From NCBI GenBank assembly GCA_009694025.1, contig SHVZ01000008.1:2609-66608 (forward strand): a stretch of 64,000 nt of DNA, read 5' to 3'. The notes beneath the pieces are model-generated. The model saw only the letters and a program-made list of their open reading frames with translations, did not search any database and was not told the origin of the DNA. Source of the stretch: Alphaproteobacteria bacterium (GTDB lineage: Bacteria > Pseudomonadota > Alphaproteobacteria > SHVZ01). Every line of letters starts with the position of its first letter. Within the stretch, counting starts at the first letter, position 1. The position numbers and the translations under genes are program-made. Of this stretch, positions 19,722-30,252 are shown piece after piece.

Positions 19722-20704
19722 CTAGGCCGACGGTTGCACGAGGTGGCAGGCGACGTGGTGACCGCCGCCGACGTCGACCAGCGGCGGCTCGATCGTCCGG
19801 CACCGCGCCTCGGCATAGGGGCAGCGCGTGTGGAAGCGGCACCCCGCCGGCGGGTTGATCGGGCTCGGCACGTCGCCGGTGAGGACCACGCGCGAGCGCT
19901 TCTGGTCGGGCTTGGCGATGGGAATCGCCGAGAGCAGCGCCTGGGTATAGGGGTGCTTCGGCGAGGCGTAGAGGCTGTGCTTGTCGGTCAGCTCGACGAT
20001 CTTGCCGAGATACATCACCGCCACCCGGTCGGCGATATGGCGGATGACCGCGAGGTTGTGGCTGATGAACAGATAGGTGAGCCCGAACTCCCGCTGCAGG
20101 TCCTGCATCAGGTTGATGACCTGGGCCTGGATCGAGACGTCGAGGGCGGATACCGGCTCGTCGCAGACGATGAACTGCGGCTGCAGCGCGAGCGCGCGCG
20201 CGATGCCGATGCGCTGGCGCTGCCCGCCGGAGAACTCGTGCGGGTAGCGGTTGGCGTAGGCCCGCGCCATGCCGACGATGTCCAGCAGCTCATGCGCACG
20301 CGTACGACGTGAGTCCGCATTGCCGATGCTGTGGATCACCAGCGGCTCGGTGATGATGGTCTCCACCGTCATCCGCGGGTTGAGCGACGAGTACGGGTCC
20401 TGGAAGATGATCTGCATCTCGCGCCGGCGCTTGCGCATGTCCTTCGCCGAGATCCGCGCGAGATCGGTCCCGTCAAAGCGGAGCGCGCCGGAGGTCGGAT
20501 CGATCAGGCGGAGCAGGAGGCGGCCGGTGGTCGACTTGCCGCAGCCGGACTCGCCGACCAGGCCCAGCGTCTCGCCGCGGGCGACGGTGAAGCTGATGCC
20601 GTCGACGGCGCGCACGACCCCGGCGTCGGCCGAGGAGAAGAAGCCCTTCCGCATCGGGAAGTGCTTGACGAGGTTGTCGACCTCGATGAACGGCGCCGCC
20701 GCGG

Positions 20705-20708
<4 letters not shown>
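19722..20708 (-). CDS. Oligo/dipeptide ABC transporter ATP-binding protein (DppF/OppF-like)
   Basis: Start at 20708 ([17 protein letters not shown]) with an ATGA overlap to the upstream gene. [24 protein letters not shown], and a C-terminal oligopeptide-type extension with CRFHTRCP. Confidence 0.88.
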
Positions 20709-21672
<964 letters not shown>

Positions 21673-21676
<4 letters not shown>

Positions 21677-22551
21677 CGCGTCTCCACTTTCATGCGCGGG
21701 TCGAGGACATCGCGAAGCCCGTCACCGAGCAGGTTGAGGCCGAGTACGGTGAAGGCGATGGCGACACCCGGATAGAGCGAGATCCAGGGTGCCTCGCGGA
21801 TGTAGTTGCGGCCCTCCGCGATGATGTTGCCCCAGGTGGGCGTCGGCGGCGGCGGGCCGACGCCGATGAACGACAATACCGCCTCGGCCAGAACCGCGAC
21901 CGCGAAGATGAAGGTAAGCTGAACGATCAGCGGTGCCATCGAGTTGACGAGGATGTGGCGGAAGAGGATGCGGACGTGCCCGGCGCCCGAGGCGAGCGCC
22001 GCCTGGACATAGTCCATCTCGCGCACCACCAGCACAGACGCGCGCACGATGCGGGCGGTCCTCGGCGTGTAGGCGACGGTGAGCGCCAGCACCGCGTTGA
22101 ACTCAGACGGGCCGAGGGTCGCAGCAAGCGCGATCGCCAGCAGGATCGCCGGGAAGGCCATGAGGCCGTCCATGACCCGCATGATCGGATTATCGAGCTT
22201 GCGGAAGTAGCCGGCCGACGCGCCGATCAGCGTGCCGAAGACCGCGTTCATGACGACGACCATGAAGCCGATGCGCAGGCTCACCTGGCTGCCGTAGATG
22301 ACGCGCGACAGCACGTCGCGGCCGAAATTGTCGGTGCCGAGCAGATGGGTCGCGTTCGGCTCGCCGAGGCGATAGCGGAAGTTGTTCTGGTTCGGCAGGT
22401 GCGGCGCCAGGTAGTCGGCGAGGACCGCCATCCCGAGCACGGCCAGGAACAGGCAGAACCCGGTCAGAAACAGCCGGTGACCGAACAGCCGGCGCGGCAG
22501 AGTCGACCGCTGGAGCCGGTCGAGGAGAAGCGTGAGTTGCGCCTTAGTCAT
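21673..22551 (-). CDS. Oligo/dipeptide ABC transporter permease (DppC-like)
   Basis: 292 aa; [19 protein letters not shown] is the DppC/OppC hallmark. ATGA overlap with the ATPase gene. Confidence 0.88.
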
Positions 22552-23488
22552 AGCGCACCCGCGGATCGAGATAGGCGTAGAGGACGTCGACGACGATGTT
22601 GACTAGCACGAAAATCGAGGCGGTCAGCAGCAGGCCACCCTGGATGACCGGGAAGTCGCGCCGAAGGATCGCGCCGATGATCAGCCGTCCGACGCCAGGC
22701 AACGAGAACACCTGCTCGACCACCACGGCCCCACCGAGGAGGATGCCGACGATCAGGCCGATGATGGTGACGACCGGGATCAGCGTGTTGGCCAGCGCGT
22801 GCCGGCCGATCACGATCCACTCCGGCATGCCCTTGGCGCGCGCGGTTCGCACGTAGTCCTGCCTCAACACCTCGAGCATGGTCGCGCGCGTGATGCGCGC
22901 GATCAGGCCGGTCTGGGTCAGACCCAGGGCCAGCGCCGGCATCGCCATCGAGCGCACCCAACCGGTGAAGCTTTGGTCGATCGGAATGAAACCGCCCGTC
23001 GGCAGCCAACCGAGCGACACCGCGAAGACGTAGATCATCACCAGGCCGACCCAGAAGTCGGGCACCGAGAGGCCGAGGAGCGCAATCGTCATCGCCGTCT
23101 GGTCGGTGATCGTGTTCTGGCGGACGGCGGCGAGAATGCCGAGCGTCATGCCGACGAAGATCGACATGAAGAGTCCGGCGGCGGTCAGCGACAAGGTCAC
23201 CGGCGCCCGCTCGATCATCGCGTCGGTCACCGGGCGGTTGAGCAGGATCGACCGACCAAGGTCACCGTGGAAGAGGCGCACGTAGTAGGCGAGCATCTGC
23301 TCAGGGAACGGACGATCGAGACCGAGGTCGGTGCGGATGCGCCGGACCTCGTCGCCCGAGGCCCCGGGACCGGCGATCTCAGCGGCGGGATCGCCCGGGA
23401 CCAAAAAGATGATCAGAAAGGTGACGAGGGAGACGACGACCAGAACGGGAATCGCCGACAGCAGTCGATAGACCAGATAACGCAGCAT
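22544..23488 (-). CDS. Oligo/dipeptide ABC transporter permease (DppB-like)
   Basis: MLRYLVYRLLSAIPVLVVVSLVTFLIIFLVPGDPAAEIAG is the DppB/OppB N-terminus. It is the first gene of the operon, and no binding-protein gene lies upstream. Confidence 0.88.
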   Translation of the reverse strand: MLRYLVYRLLSAIPVLVVVSLVTFLIIFLVPGDPAAEIAGPGASGDEVRRIRTDLGLDRPFPEQMLAYYVRLFHGDLGRSILLNRPVTDAMIERAPVTLSLTAAGLFMSIFVGMTLGILAAVRQNTITDQTAMTIALLGLSVPDFWVGLVMIYVFAVSLGWLPTGGFIPIDQSFTGWVRSMAMPALALGLTQTGLIARITRATMLEVLRQDYVRTARAKGMPEWIVIGRHALANTLIPVVTIIGLIVGILLGGAVVVEQVFSLPGVGRLIIGAILRRDFPVIQGGLLLTASIFVLVNIVVDVLYAYLDPRVRYD

Positions 23489-23596
23489 CGGCCTACCCGG
23501 CTCCCCTCCCTCGCGGCGTCACCATCCTATGGGCGCCCGAAGTCGCGGACCATAAGACAAGCCTTCCCCTGGGCGCAACCCTATCATAAAACATCG

Positions 23597-23608
23597 TTCC
23601 GATCGGAA
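23597..23608. promoter_or_regulatory. Perfect 12-bp palindrome in the divergent promoter region (candidate operator)
   Basis: TTCCGATCGGAA lies in the AT-richer stretch ctatcataaaacatcgTTCCGATCGGAAaaacg, 24 nt upstream of the ATG at 23632 and 109 nt from the dppB-like start. Confidence 0.3.
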
Positions 23609-23631
23609 AAACGACGCGCGAGTCCCAGTCC

Positions 23632-24738
23632 ATGGCTGCCCGGTTGATCGTCAACCCACGCTACGCCGAGGCCGGCTACGGCGCCCGCCAAGACGTCGTT
23701 CTTTCCGAGGACGACTACCACGCGGCCGAGCGCACCATCCTTGACTGGCCGGAATACGCGGCGACGCCGCTGATCGACCGCCCCGACCTCGCCAGCGCCT
23801 TCCGCGTCGGATCGCTCCGGATCAAGTACGAGGGCGCCCGCTTCGCCGTGCAGAGCTTCAAGGCTCTGGGGCCGCCCTATGCGGTCCAGCGCCTGATCGA
23901 GAGGGCGAAGCCGCCGCTGATCCTCTCCTCTGCCACCTCCGGCAACCACGGCCGCGCCGTCGCCTGGGCCGCCCAACGATCGGCCGTGGCCTGCCGCGTC
24001 TACATGAACGAGAGCGTCAGCCCGGGGCGGGCCCGGGCGATCGAGTCCTTCGGCGCCACCGTCATCCGCGTCCTCGGCACCTTCGACGACGCGCTCGCCC
24101 GCTGCCACGACGACGCCCGGAACGACGGCAGCTACGTCATCTCCGATGCCGCCCAGGACGCCTACCCCGAGGTGCCGGCGCATACGATGCACGGCTACGC
24201 CATGCTGGGCCAGGAGCTGGCCGATGCGGCCGACGATGCGACCCATGTCTTCGTCGGTGCCGGCATCGGGGCCCTCGCGGGCGCCGTCGTCGCCCGGCTC
24301 TGGCAGTGCCTCGGGGCCGGGCGGCCGCGGGTCGTCGTGGTCGAGCCGCTAACCGCCGACGCGGTGTACCAGAGCGCCGCCAAAGGCCGGCTCACGCGCA
24401 CCGATGGATCCCTGACCACGGTGATGGACGGGCTCTCCGTCGGCACCGCCTCGCACCTCGCCTGGGAGATCCTGGACGAAGGCGCCTTCGGCTTCCTCGC
24501 CATCCCCGATCCTCCGGCGGTCGCGGCCATGCGCCTTGCCCATGAGGACGAATCCTCGCTCGTGATCGGCGAGACCGGCATCGCCGGACTTGCGGGCGCG
24601 CTCGTCGCCTCGAAGGATGAGGACATGCGGCGGAACCTCGGCCTCGACCAAAATTCCAGGGTCGTTGCCATCGCCTGCGAGGGAGCGACCGACCTCGAGG
24701 TCTTCTACCGCCTGCTCAACGATGCGAGGCCGGCATGA
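23632..24738 (+). CDS. PLP-dependent ammonia-lyase, diaminopropionate ammonia-lyase-like (fold type II)
   Basis: 368 aa. The N-terminal style (...LDWPEYAATPLIDRPDLASAFRVGSLRIKYEGARFAVQSFKALG) resembles the DpaL/YgeX family, with PLP lysine in SFKALG, then SSATSGNHGRAVAWAA. The substrate is not determinable from sequence alone. Confidence 0.6.
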   Translation: MAARLIVNPRYAEAGYGARQDVVLSEDDYHAAERTILDWPEYAATPLIDRPDLASAFRVGSLRIKYEGARFAVQSFKALGPPYAVQRLIERAKPPLILSSATSGNHGRAVAWAAQRSAVACRVYMNESVSPGRARAIESFGATVIRVLGTFDDALARCHDDARNDGSYVISDAAQDAYPEVPAHTMHGYAMLGQELADAADDATHVFVGAGIGALAGAVVARLWQCLGAGRPRVVVVEPLTADAVYQSAAKGRLTRTDGSLTTVMDGLSVGTASHLAWEILDEGAFGFLAIPDPPAVAAMRLAHEDESSLVIGETGIAGLAGALVASKDEDMRRNLGLDQNSRVVAIACEGATDLEVFYRLLNDARPA

Positions 24739-26237
24739 AACGGCCTCGTATCGCGCTTGGCGCCCTTCTCTTCGAAGGCAACACGCTCTCGCCGGTGATC
24801 ACCGGCCGCGCCGACTTCGCCAGCAAGTACCTCGCCTCCGGTGCCGAGATTCCAGCCAAGCTGGCATCGACCAACACCGAGATCAGCGGCGCGCTCGAGG
24901 TGTTCCGCGGCGCCGACGTCGAGGTCGTGCCGCTCATCGCCACCCATGGCGGCGCCGGCGGCCGGGTTTCGGCCGGCTGCTACGGCGAGCTCCGGGACGA
25001 GCTCCTCGGGCGCCTCAAGGCCGCCGGTCCCGTCGACGGCGTCTACCTCGCCCTCCATGGCGCCTTCATCGCCGAGGGCACGGACGACGCCGAGGGCGAG
25101 ATCCTCGCCGCGGTCGCCGCCGTCGTCGGGCGTGCGGTGCCGATCGCGGTCTCTTGCGACCTCCACGGCCACATCACCCCGGCGATGACGCGCCACGCGC
25201 AGATCCTGATCGGCTACCGTGAGTATCCCCACGACGACACGCGCGAGACCGGCGGGCGTGCGGCGACCCTGCTGCTCAGGGCCATCCGCGGCCAGATCCG
25301 GCCGGTGAGCCGGTTCCGGCGGGCGCCGATGATCCTGCCGGCCCAGCGCCAGCGCACCAAAGGCGACGGGCCGATGCGGGAGATCATCGATCTCGCCCGT
25401 GCCCGCGAAGCCGACGGCAGCGTGCTTGCCGCCAGCTATTTCTGCGTCCAACCCTGGCTCGACCTGCCGGGCGTCGGCGTCACCGCCGTCGCGGTCGCTG
25501 ATGGCGACGCCGCTGCCGCCGATCGCGTCGCCGAGGAGATCGTCCGGCTGCACTGGAACAAGCGCCGCGAATTCCTGGTTTCGACCGAGCAACCGGCCGA
25601 GGCGATCCGCAAGGGCCGCGCGCTCGCCGGCGGCCCGGTCATCCTCGCCGATGCCGCCGACTGTGTCGGCGGCGGCGCCTCCGGCGACTCCTCGGTGGTG
25701 CTCCGCGCCCTCATCGAGCACGCCCCCGACCAGACCGCTGCCATCCACCTCGTCGACCCGGAGACGGTGGCCGAGGCCCGGAGGGTCGGGGTCGGCGGCC
25801 GATTCCGCGCTCGTCTCGGGAACCGCCTCGCCACCCTGGGCGGGCCGCCGGTCGTGGCCGAGGTCACGGTCGAGCGGATCGAGCCGAAGGCGGCATTCCG
25901 CTACTCGGGCGGGTTGATGGGCGGGGTCGAGGCCGCGATCGGCGATGCCGCGGTCGTCGCCATCGGTCCGATCAAGGTCCTCTGCACCTCGCTCTCCTCC
26001 TACGAGTACGCCGACGAGCACTTCCTGGCCCTCGGCCTGGACCCCCGGCGGATGAAGTTCGTCGTGGTCAAGAATCCGATGAACTACCAGCAGGTCTATG
26101 CCGGGGCGCCGGCGATGTTTGTGCTGGACACGCCTGGGCCGACCACATGCAATTTGGCCTCGGTCGGCTGGCGGCGGCTCGACCGGCCGTGCTTCCCGAT
26201 GGAGGACGGTTTCGAGCCGGTCTTCGCCAGCGGCTAG
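24735..26237 (+). CDS. M81 family metallopeptidase (MlrC / microcystinase C-like)
   Basis: ATGA overlap with the upstream gene. The N-terminus MKRPRIALGALLFEGNTLSP and ...VYLALHGAFIAEGTDDAEGEIL...DLHGHITPAM...YREYPHDD are characteristic of the DUF1485/MlrC N- and C-domains. 500 aa. Confidence 0.78.
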   Translation: MKRPRIALGALLFEGNTLSPVITGRADFASKYLASGAEIPAKLASTNTEISGALEVFRGADVEVVPLIATHGGAGGRVSAGCYGELRDELLGRLKAAGPVDGVYLALHGAFIAEGTDDAEGEILAAVAAVVGRAVPIAVSCDLHGHITPAMTRHAQILIGYREYPHDDTRETGGRAATLLLRAIRGQIRPVSRFRRAPMILPAQRQRTKGDGPMREIIDLARAREADGSVLAASYFCVQPWLDLPGVGVTAVAVADGDAAAADRVAEEIVRLHWNKRREFLVSTEQPAEAIRKGRALAGGPVILADAADCVGGGASGDSSVVLRALIEHAPDQTAAIHLVDPETVAEARRVGVGGRFRARLGNRLATLGGPPVVAEVTVERIEPKAAFRYSGGLMGGVEAAIGDAAVVAIGPIKVLCTSLSSYEYADEHFLALGLDPRRMKFVVVKNPMNYQQVYAGAPAMFVLDTPGPTTCNLASVGWRRLDRPCFPMEDGFEPVFASG

Positions 26238-26320
26238 AGTGGCGCGCGACTTGCCTTTTCCAATGTGAAAAGCCACTCTGCGGCGCGCGTCGGCAGGATT
26301 GGGTCAGGACTGGGGTTGCG

Positions 26321-27052
26321 ATGCGGCGGAACGATATCTGGCAGGCGCGGGTCGACCTCGCCGCCGCCTGCCGCTGGGCCCATCGGCTCGGTTGGCAGGC
26401 CGGGGTCTGCAATCATTTCAGCATGATGGTTCCGGGGTCGGACGACCTTTTTCTGGTCAACCCGGAAGGCCTTTATTGGGCGGAGGTTACCGCGTCCAAC
26501 CTCGTCGTCTGCGATCTCGGCGGCAAGGCCGTGGAGGGCCAGCACAAGGTCGAGGATACAGCCTTCTACCTGCACGCGCCGGTCCACCGGGCGAACAAGA
26601 AGCACAAATGCGTGCTGCACACGCACATGCCCTATGCGACGGCGCTCTGCCTGATCGAGAATGGCCGCATCGAGGCGGTGAACCAGTCAGCGCTCGCCTA
26701 CATCGACCGCACCGCCTATGACGAGGACTACTCGGGGCTCGCGCTCTCCTACGACGAGGGTCTGCGGGTCGCGCGGCTCATGGGCGACCACACCACGGTC
26801 ATGATGCGCAACCACGGACCGCTGGTCGCCGGCGAAACCGTCGCCGAAGCCTTCGACCGGCTCTACTTCCTCGAGGACGTCTGCCGGGTGCAGCTTATCG
26901 CCATGCAGGCCGGCCGGCCGATGAAGCGCGTCGCCCAGCCGATGATCGAGGCGGTGCGCGGTGTCATGGAGAGCGGCATCGGCTATGCCGACAAGCATCT
27001 GGCCGGGATCAAACGCATGCTCGACCGGCTCGAGCCCGATTACAAGAACTGA
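26321..27052 (+). CDS. Class II aldolase/adducin family protein (paralog 1)
   Basis: Start at ATG 26321 (MRRNDIWQARVDLAAACRWAHRLGW). Metal-binding HTHMPYATA and NHGPLVAG. 243 aa, ending ...LEPDYKN. Confidence 0.8.
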   Translation: MRRNDIWQARVDLAAACRWAHRLGWQAGVCNHFSMMVPGSDDLFLVNPEGLYWAEVTASNLVVCDLGGKAVEGQHKVEDTAFYLHAPVHRANKKHKCVLHTHMPYATALCLIENGRIEAVNQSALAYIDRTAYDEDYSGLALSYDEGLRVARLMGDHTTVMMRNHGPLVAGETVAEAFDRLYFLEDVCRVQLIAMQAGRPMKRVAQPMIEAVRGVMESGIGYADKHLAGIKRMLDRLEPDYKN

Positions 27053-27065
27053 GGGAGCCCGCGCC

Positions 27066-27815
27066 ATGACCGCCATCCGCAAGATCCCAGAGAGCGACGC
27101 CGCCGAGTGGAAGGCCCGAGTCGAGCTGGCGGCGACCTTCCGCATCGCCAACCGCATGGGCTGGAACGAGGGCATCGCCAACCATTTCTCGGTGGCGCTC
27201 GGCCCTGAGCGCTATCTGCTCAACCCCTACGAGCTGCATTTCCGCGAGATCACCGCGTCGAACCTGCTGGTGGTCAACGGCAAGGGCGACGTGCTCTCGG
27301 GCGAGGGCCAGGTGCGGCGCGTCGCATTCTACCTGCACCCGCGCCTGCACACGCTCCTGCCGCGGGCGACCGCAATCATCCACGCGCATCCGCCCTATGC
27401 GACGGCCATCACCTGCGTGAAGAACGGCCGCCTCGATCCGGCCCACGCCATCGCCATGTTTCTGGCAAAGCAGATCTGCTACGACGACCAAATGGGCGGA
27501 TCGGTCGACGAGGGCGAGATCCAGCGCATCGTCGAGCTGGTCGGCGAGAAGTCGGTCATCATGCACGGGATGCACGGGATGACCACGCTCGGCGCCACCA
27601 TCGCCGATGCGTTCGACTCCTTCTACTTCACCGAACGCTGGGCGATGTACACCGTCATCGCCCGCCAGACCGGGCAAGAGCTGCACGCGCTCCCCGAGCG
27701 TCTGTTCAAAGACACGACGGTGCGCGACAAGGACCTGAATCCACCGGCCCAACAGGCGCATCTCAACGCCTGGATGCGCGTCCTCGACATGGACGAGGCG
27801 GACTACAAGAGCTGA
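27066..27815 (+). CDS. Class II aldolase/adducin family protein (paralog 2)
   Basis: Start at ATG 27066 (MTAIRKIPESDAAEWKARVELAATFRIANRMGW). HAHPPYATA and MHGMHGMTT. 249 aa, ending ...DEADYKS. It lies 13 nt after paralog 1. Confidence 0.8.
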   Translation: MTAIRKIPESDAAEWKARVELAATFRIANRMGWNEGIANHFSVALGPERYLLNPYELHFREITASNLLVVNGKGDVLSGEGQVRRVAFYLHPRLHTLLPRATAIIHAHPPYATAITCVKNGRLDPAHAIAMFLAKQICYDDQMGGSVDEGEIQRIVELVGEKSVIMHGMHGMTTLGATIADAFDSFYFTERWAMYTVIARQTGQELHALPERLFKDTTVRDKDLNPPAQQAHLNAWMRVLDMDEADYKS

Positions 27816-27997
27816 TGGCGGAGGTCGTCAGCCTCCCGAGACTTCGGAAAGCCAAGGCCCGCGTCGAGCGCGAGAAGGCGGCCGAAGCCAACCGGCTGAA
27901 GTTCGGCCGGACCAAGGCAGAGACCGAGCGAAAACGCCTGGAAGAAATCCGTGCCGAGCGCGCGCATGAGGCGCACAAGCTCGACGACGAACGCTAG
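27815..27997 (+). CDS. Small conserved basic protein, DUF4169-like
   Basis: The 60-aa MAEVVSLPRLRKAKARVEREKAAEANRLKFGRTKAETERKRLEEIRAERAHEAHKLDDER matches my recollection of the alphaproteobacterial DUF4169 pattern (VxLxxxRKxKAR...NRxKFGRTKAE). TGATG 1-nt overlap with the upstream stop. Confidence 0.6.
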   Translation: MAEVVSLPRLRKAKARVEREKAAEANRLKFGRTKAETERKRLEEIRAERAHEAHKLDDER

Positions 27998-29721
27998 TCG
28001 CCGAGAGCCACGCCTTCGCGCCTTGGATCGGCGCCGCCGACCAAGCCTTTCTTCGTCACCACGATGGCCTGAATGCCCGAGGTGAACTCGGCGATCCGCG
28101 TCTCGTGACCGAGCGCGCGGAGCGAGGCGGCGATCGCCATCGCCGAAGGCCCGTCCTCGATCTCCGTCGGGCCGTTGCGGCTGCCGATGTTGGGGAAGGA
28201 GATCGCCGACTGCACGTCCTGGCCCCAGTCGAGGGTGGCGACGATCATCTTCGCCACATAGTTGATGATGAGGCTGCCGCCGGGCGAACCAACGACCAAG
28301 ACCAGGCGGCGGTTCCGGTCGAAGACCACGGTCGGCGCCATCGAGCTGCGCGGCCGCTTGCCGGCCTCGACCCGGTTGGCGACCGGCTTGCCGTTCTCCT
28401 CCGGGGAGAACGAGAAATCGGTGAGCTGATTGTTGAGGAGGAAGCCGCGCACCATCAGGCGCGAGCCGAAGGCATCCTCGATCGTCGTCGTCATCGAGAC
28501 GGCGCTGCCCCAGCGATCGACGATCGAGATCTGAGTCGTCGACGGCAGCTCCAGCGCATCGTCGGCGCCGAGCGACGCGGTCGACTGCGGCGGTGTGCCG
28601 GGCTGAGCGACTTTAAGCGACGCATCCGGCTTGATCTGGGCAGCGCGAGTCCGGAGGTAGCCCCGGTCGGTCAGTCCTTTGACCGGCACCGGCACGAAAT
28701 CGGCATCGGCCATGTAGAGGCCGCGGTCGGCATAGGCGAGCCGCTCGGCCTCGGTCACCAGATGGAGCCCGCGGATCGACCACGGCGCCTCGGCCTTGAG
28801 ATCGAAGCTCTCGAGGATACCCAGGATCTGCAGCAGCGTGAGCCCGCCGGAGGATGGCGGCCCCATGCCGCAGACCTCCCAGCGCCGATACGCACCGCAG
28901 ACCGCCGGCCGCTCCTTCGCCTTGTACCCGGCTAGATCGGCCTCGGTCAGGTCGCCGGCATTGGCGGCGGCGCCGACGGTCGTCACGATGTCGCGGGCGA
29001 TGTCGCCGGCGTAGAAGGCATCCGCCCCGTACCCGGCGATGGCGCGAAGCGTGTCGGCCAGCGGCCGGTTGATCAAGACCGTTCCGACCGCCTTCGGGCT
29101 GCCGTCGGCGTTGTAGAAGTAGTCTTTCGCCGTTGGCGACTTCGGCAAGTGCTGCTCGGACCTCAGGAGCCCGTAGAGCCGAGGGGAGATCGGGAAGCCC
29201 TTCTCAGCGAGCTCGATCGCCGGCTCGAACAGCTTTGGCCAGGGGAGCTTGCCATGCGCCTTGTGGGCGAGATCGAGGCCGCGGAGCACGCCGGGCACGC
29301 CGACCGACCGGCCGCCGACCACCGCGTCGTAGAACCGCATCGGCTTGCCGTCGGGTCCGAGGAAGCGATCGGGCTTCGCCGCCGCCGGCGCGGTCTCGCG
29401 TGCATCGACGGTCGTGAGCGCCTTGTTCTCCGCATTCCAGATCACGACGAACGCGCCGCCGCCGATCCCCGAAGACTGCGGCTCGACCAGGTTGAGCACC
29501 ATTTGGGTCGCGATCGCCGCATCGACGGCGCTGCCGCCTTCGCGGAGAATGCGCCGTCCGGCCTCGGCCGCGAACGGATTTGCCGCCGCCACCATCTGAT
29601 GGCGCGCATGGGCGAGCGCTTTCCCGGAGGTGCCGCGCGCCGCCTCCGGCTGCGCCGGCTGCTGGGCGAGACCGGGGCCGGCGAGGAGGAGGGCGACGAG
29701 GCCGATCGACAGCTTGATCAC
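27994..29721 (-). CDS. ggt: Gamma-glutamyltransferase
   Basis: Signal peptide MIKLSIGLVALLLAGPGLA. The autoprocessing site and nucleophile lie in ...LELPSTTQISIVDRWG. Also GSPGGSLIINY. 575 aa. Confidence 0.92.
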   Translation of the reverse strand: MIKLSIGLVALLLAGPGLAQQPAQPEAARGTSGKALAHARHQMVAAANPFAAEAGRRILREGGSAVDAAIATQMVLNLVEPQSSGIGGGAFVVIWNAENKALTTVDARETAPAAAKPDRFLGPDGKPMRFYDAVVGGRSVGVPGVLRGLDLAHKAHGKLPWPKLFEPAIELAEKGFPISPRLYGLLRSEQHLPKSPTAKDYFYNADGSPKAVGTVLINRPLADTLRAIAGYGADAFYAGDIARDIVTTVGAAANAGDLTEADLAGYKAKERPAVCGAYRRWEVCGMGPPSSGGLTLLQILGILESFDLKAEAPWSIRGLHLVTEAERLAYADRGLYMADADFVPVPVKGLTDRGYLRTRAAQIKPDASLKVAQPGTPPQSTASLGADDALELPSTTQISIVDRWGSAVSMTTTIEDAFGSRLMVRGFLLNNQLTDFSFSPEENGKPVANRVEAGKRPRSSMAPTVVFDRNRRLVLVVGSPGGSLIINYVAKMIVATLDWGQDVQSAISFPNIGSRNGPTEIEDGPSAMAIAASLRALGHETRIAEFTSGIQAIVVTKKGLVGGADPRREGVALGD

Positions 29722-29739
29722 GACATGCGTCCTTCGGCG

Positions 29740-30252
29740 CTAGCGATCCCGTCGGCGCACGATCGGATCGACCGCCTGCGCCTCCATGTCCCAGGGAAAG
29801 AGGATCCACGTGTCCTGGCTGACCTCGGTGACATAGGTGTCGACCAGCGGCCGGCCGGCGGGCTTGGCGTAGACGGTGGCGAAATGCGCCTTCGGCAGCA
29901 TGGCGCGCACCGCTTTCGCGGTCACGCCGGTGTCGACGAGGTCGTCGACGATCAGCAAGCCCTCGCCGTCGCCGTCGACGCGCTTCAGCACGTTCACGCT
30001 TCCCTGGCTGTGGTCCTCGTAGGTGGAGATGCATACCGTGTCGATCAGCCGGATCTCGAGCTCACGGGCGACCACCGCCGCCGGAACCATGCCACCGCGG
30101 GTCACCGCGACCAGCCCCTTCCAGGGGCCCCTCTCGAGCAGCCGCCAGGCGAGCGCGCGCGAATCCCGATGCAGCTCTTCCCAGGAGACGGGAAAGGTAC
30201 GGGGCGGTCGAGGATGGTCGATCACGAGGGCCTCACGCGTGGGACGCGCCAT
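29740..30252 (-). CDS. gpt: Xanthine-guanine phosphoribosyltransferase
   Basis: [19 protein letters not shown]..., [21 protein letters not shown], the PRPP motif [14 protein letters not shown], and [15 protein letters not shown]. The start is uncertain: ATG 30252 overlaps the upstream gene by 20 nt, while GTG 30225 has GAGG 6 nt upstream. Confidence 0.85.
   Translation of the reverse strand: MARPTREALVIDHPRPPRTFPVSWEELHRDSRALAWRLLERGPWKGLVAVTRGGMVPAAVVARELEIRLIDTVCISTYEDHSQGSVNVLKRVDGDGEGLLIVDDLVDTGVTAKAVRAMLPKAHFATVYAKPAGRPLVDTYVTEVSQDTWILFPWDMEAQAVDPIVRRRDR

Noticed and set aside
26235-26300. Nested inverted repeats after the MlrC-like stop (GAGTGGC...GCCACTC enclosing CTTTTC-CAATGT-GAAAAG), considered as a terminator or attenuator
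   Set aside because: The inner stem is short and AT-rich, the outer stem has a long unpaired interior, and there is no U tract. This is not enough for a terminator call.
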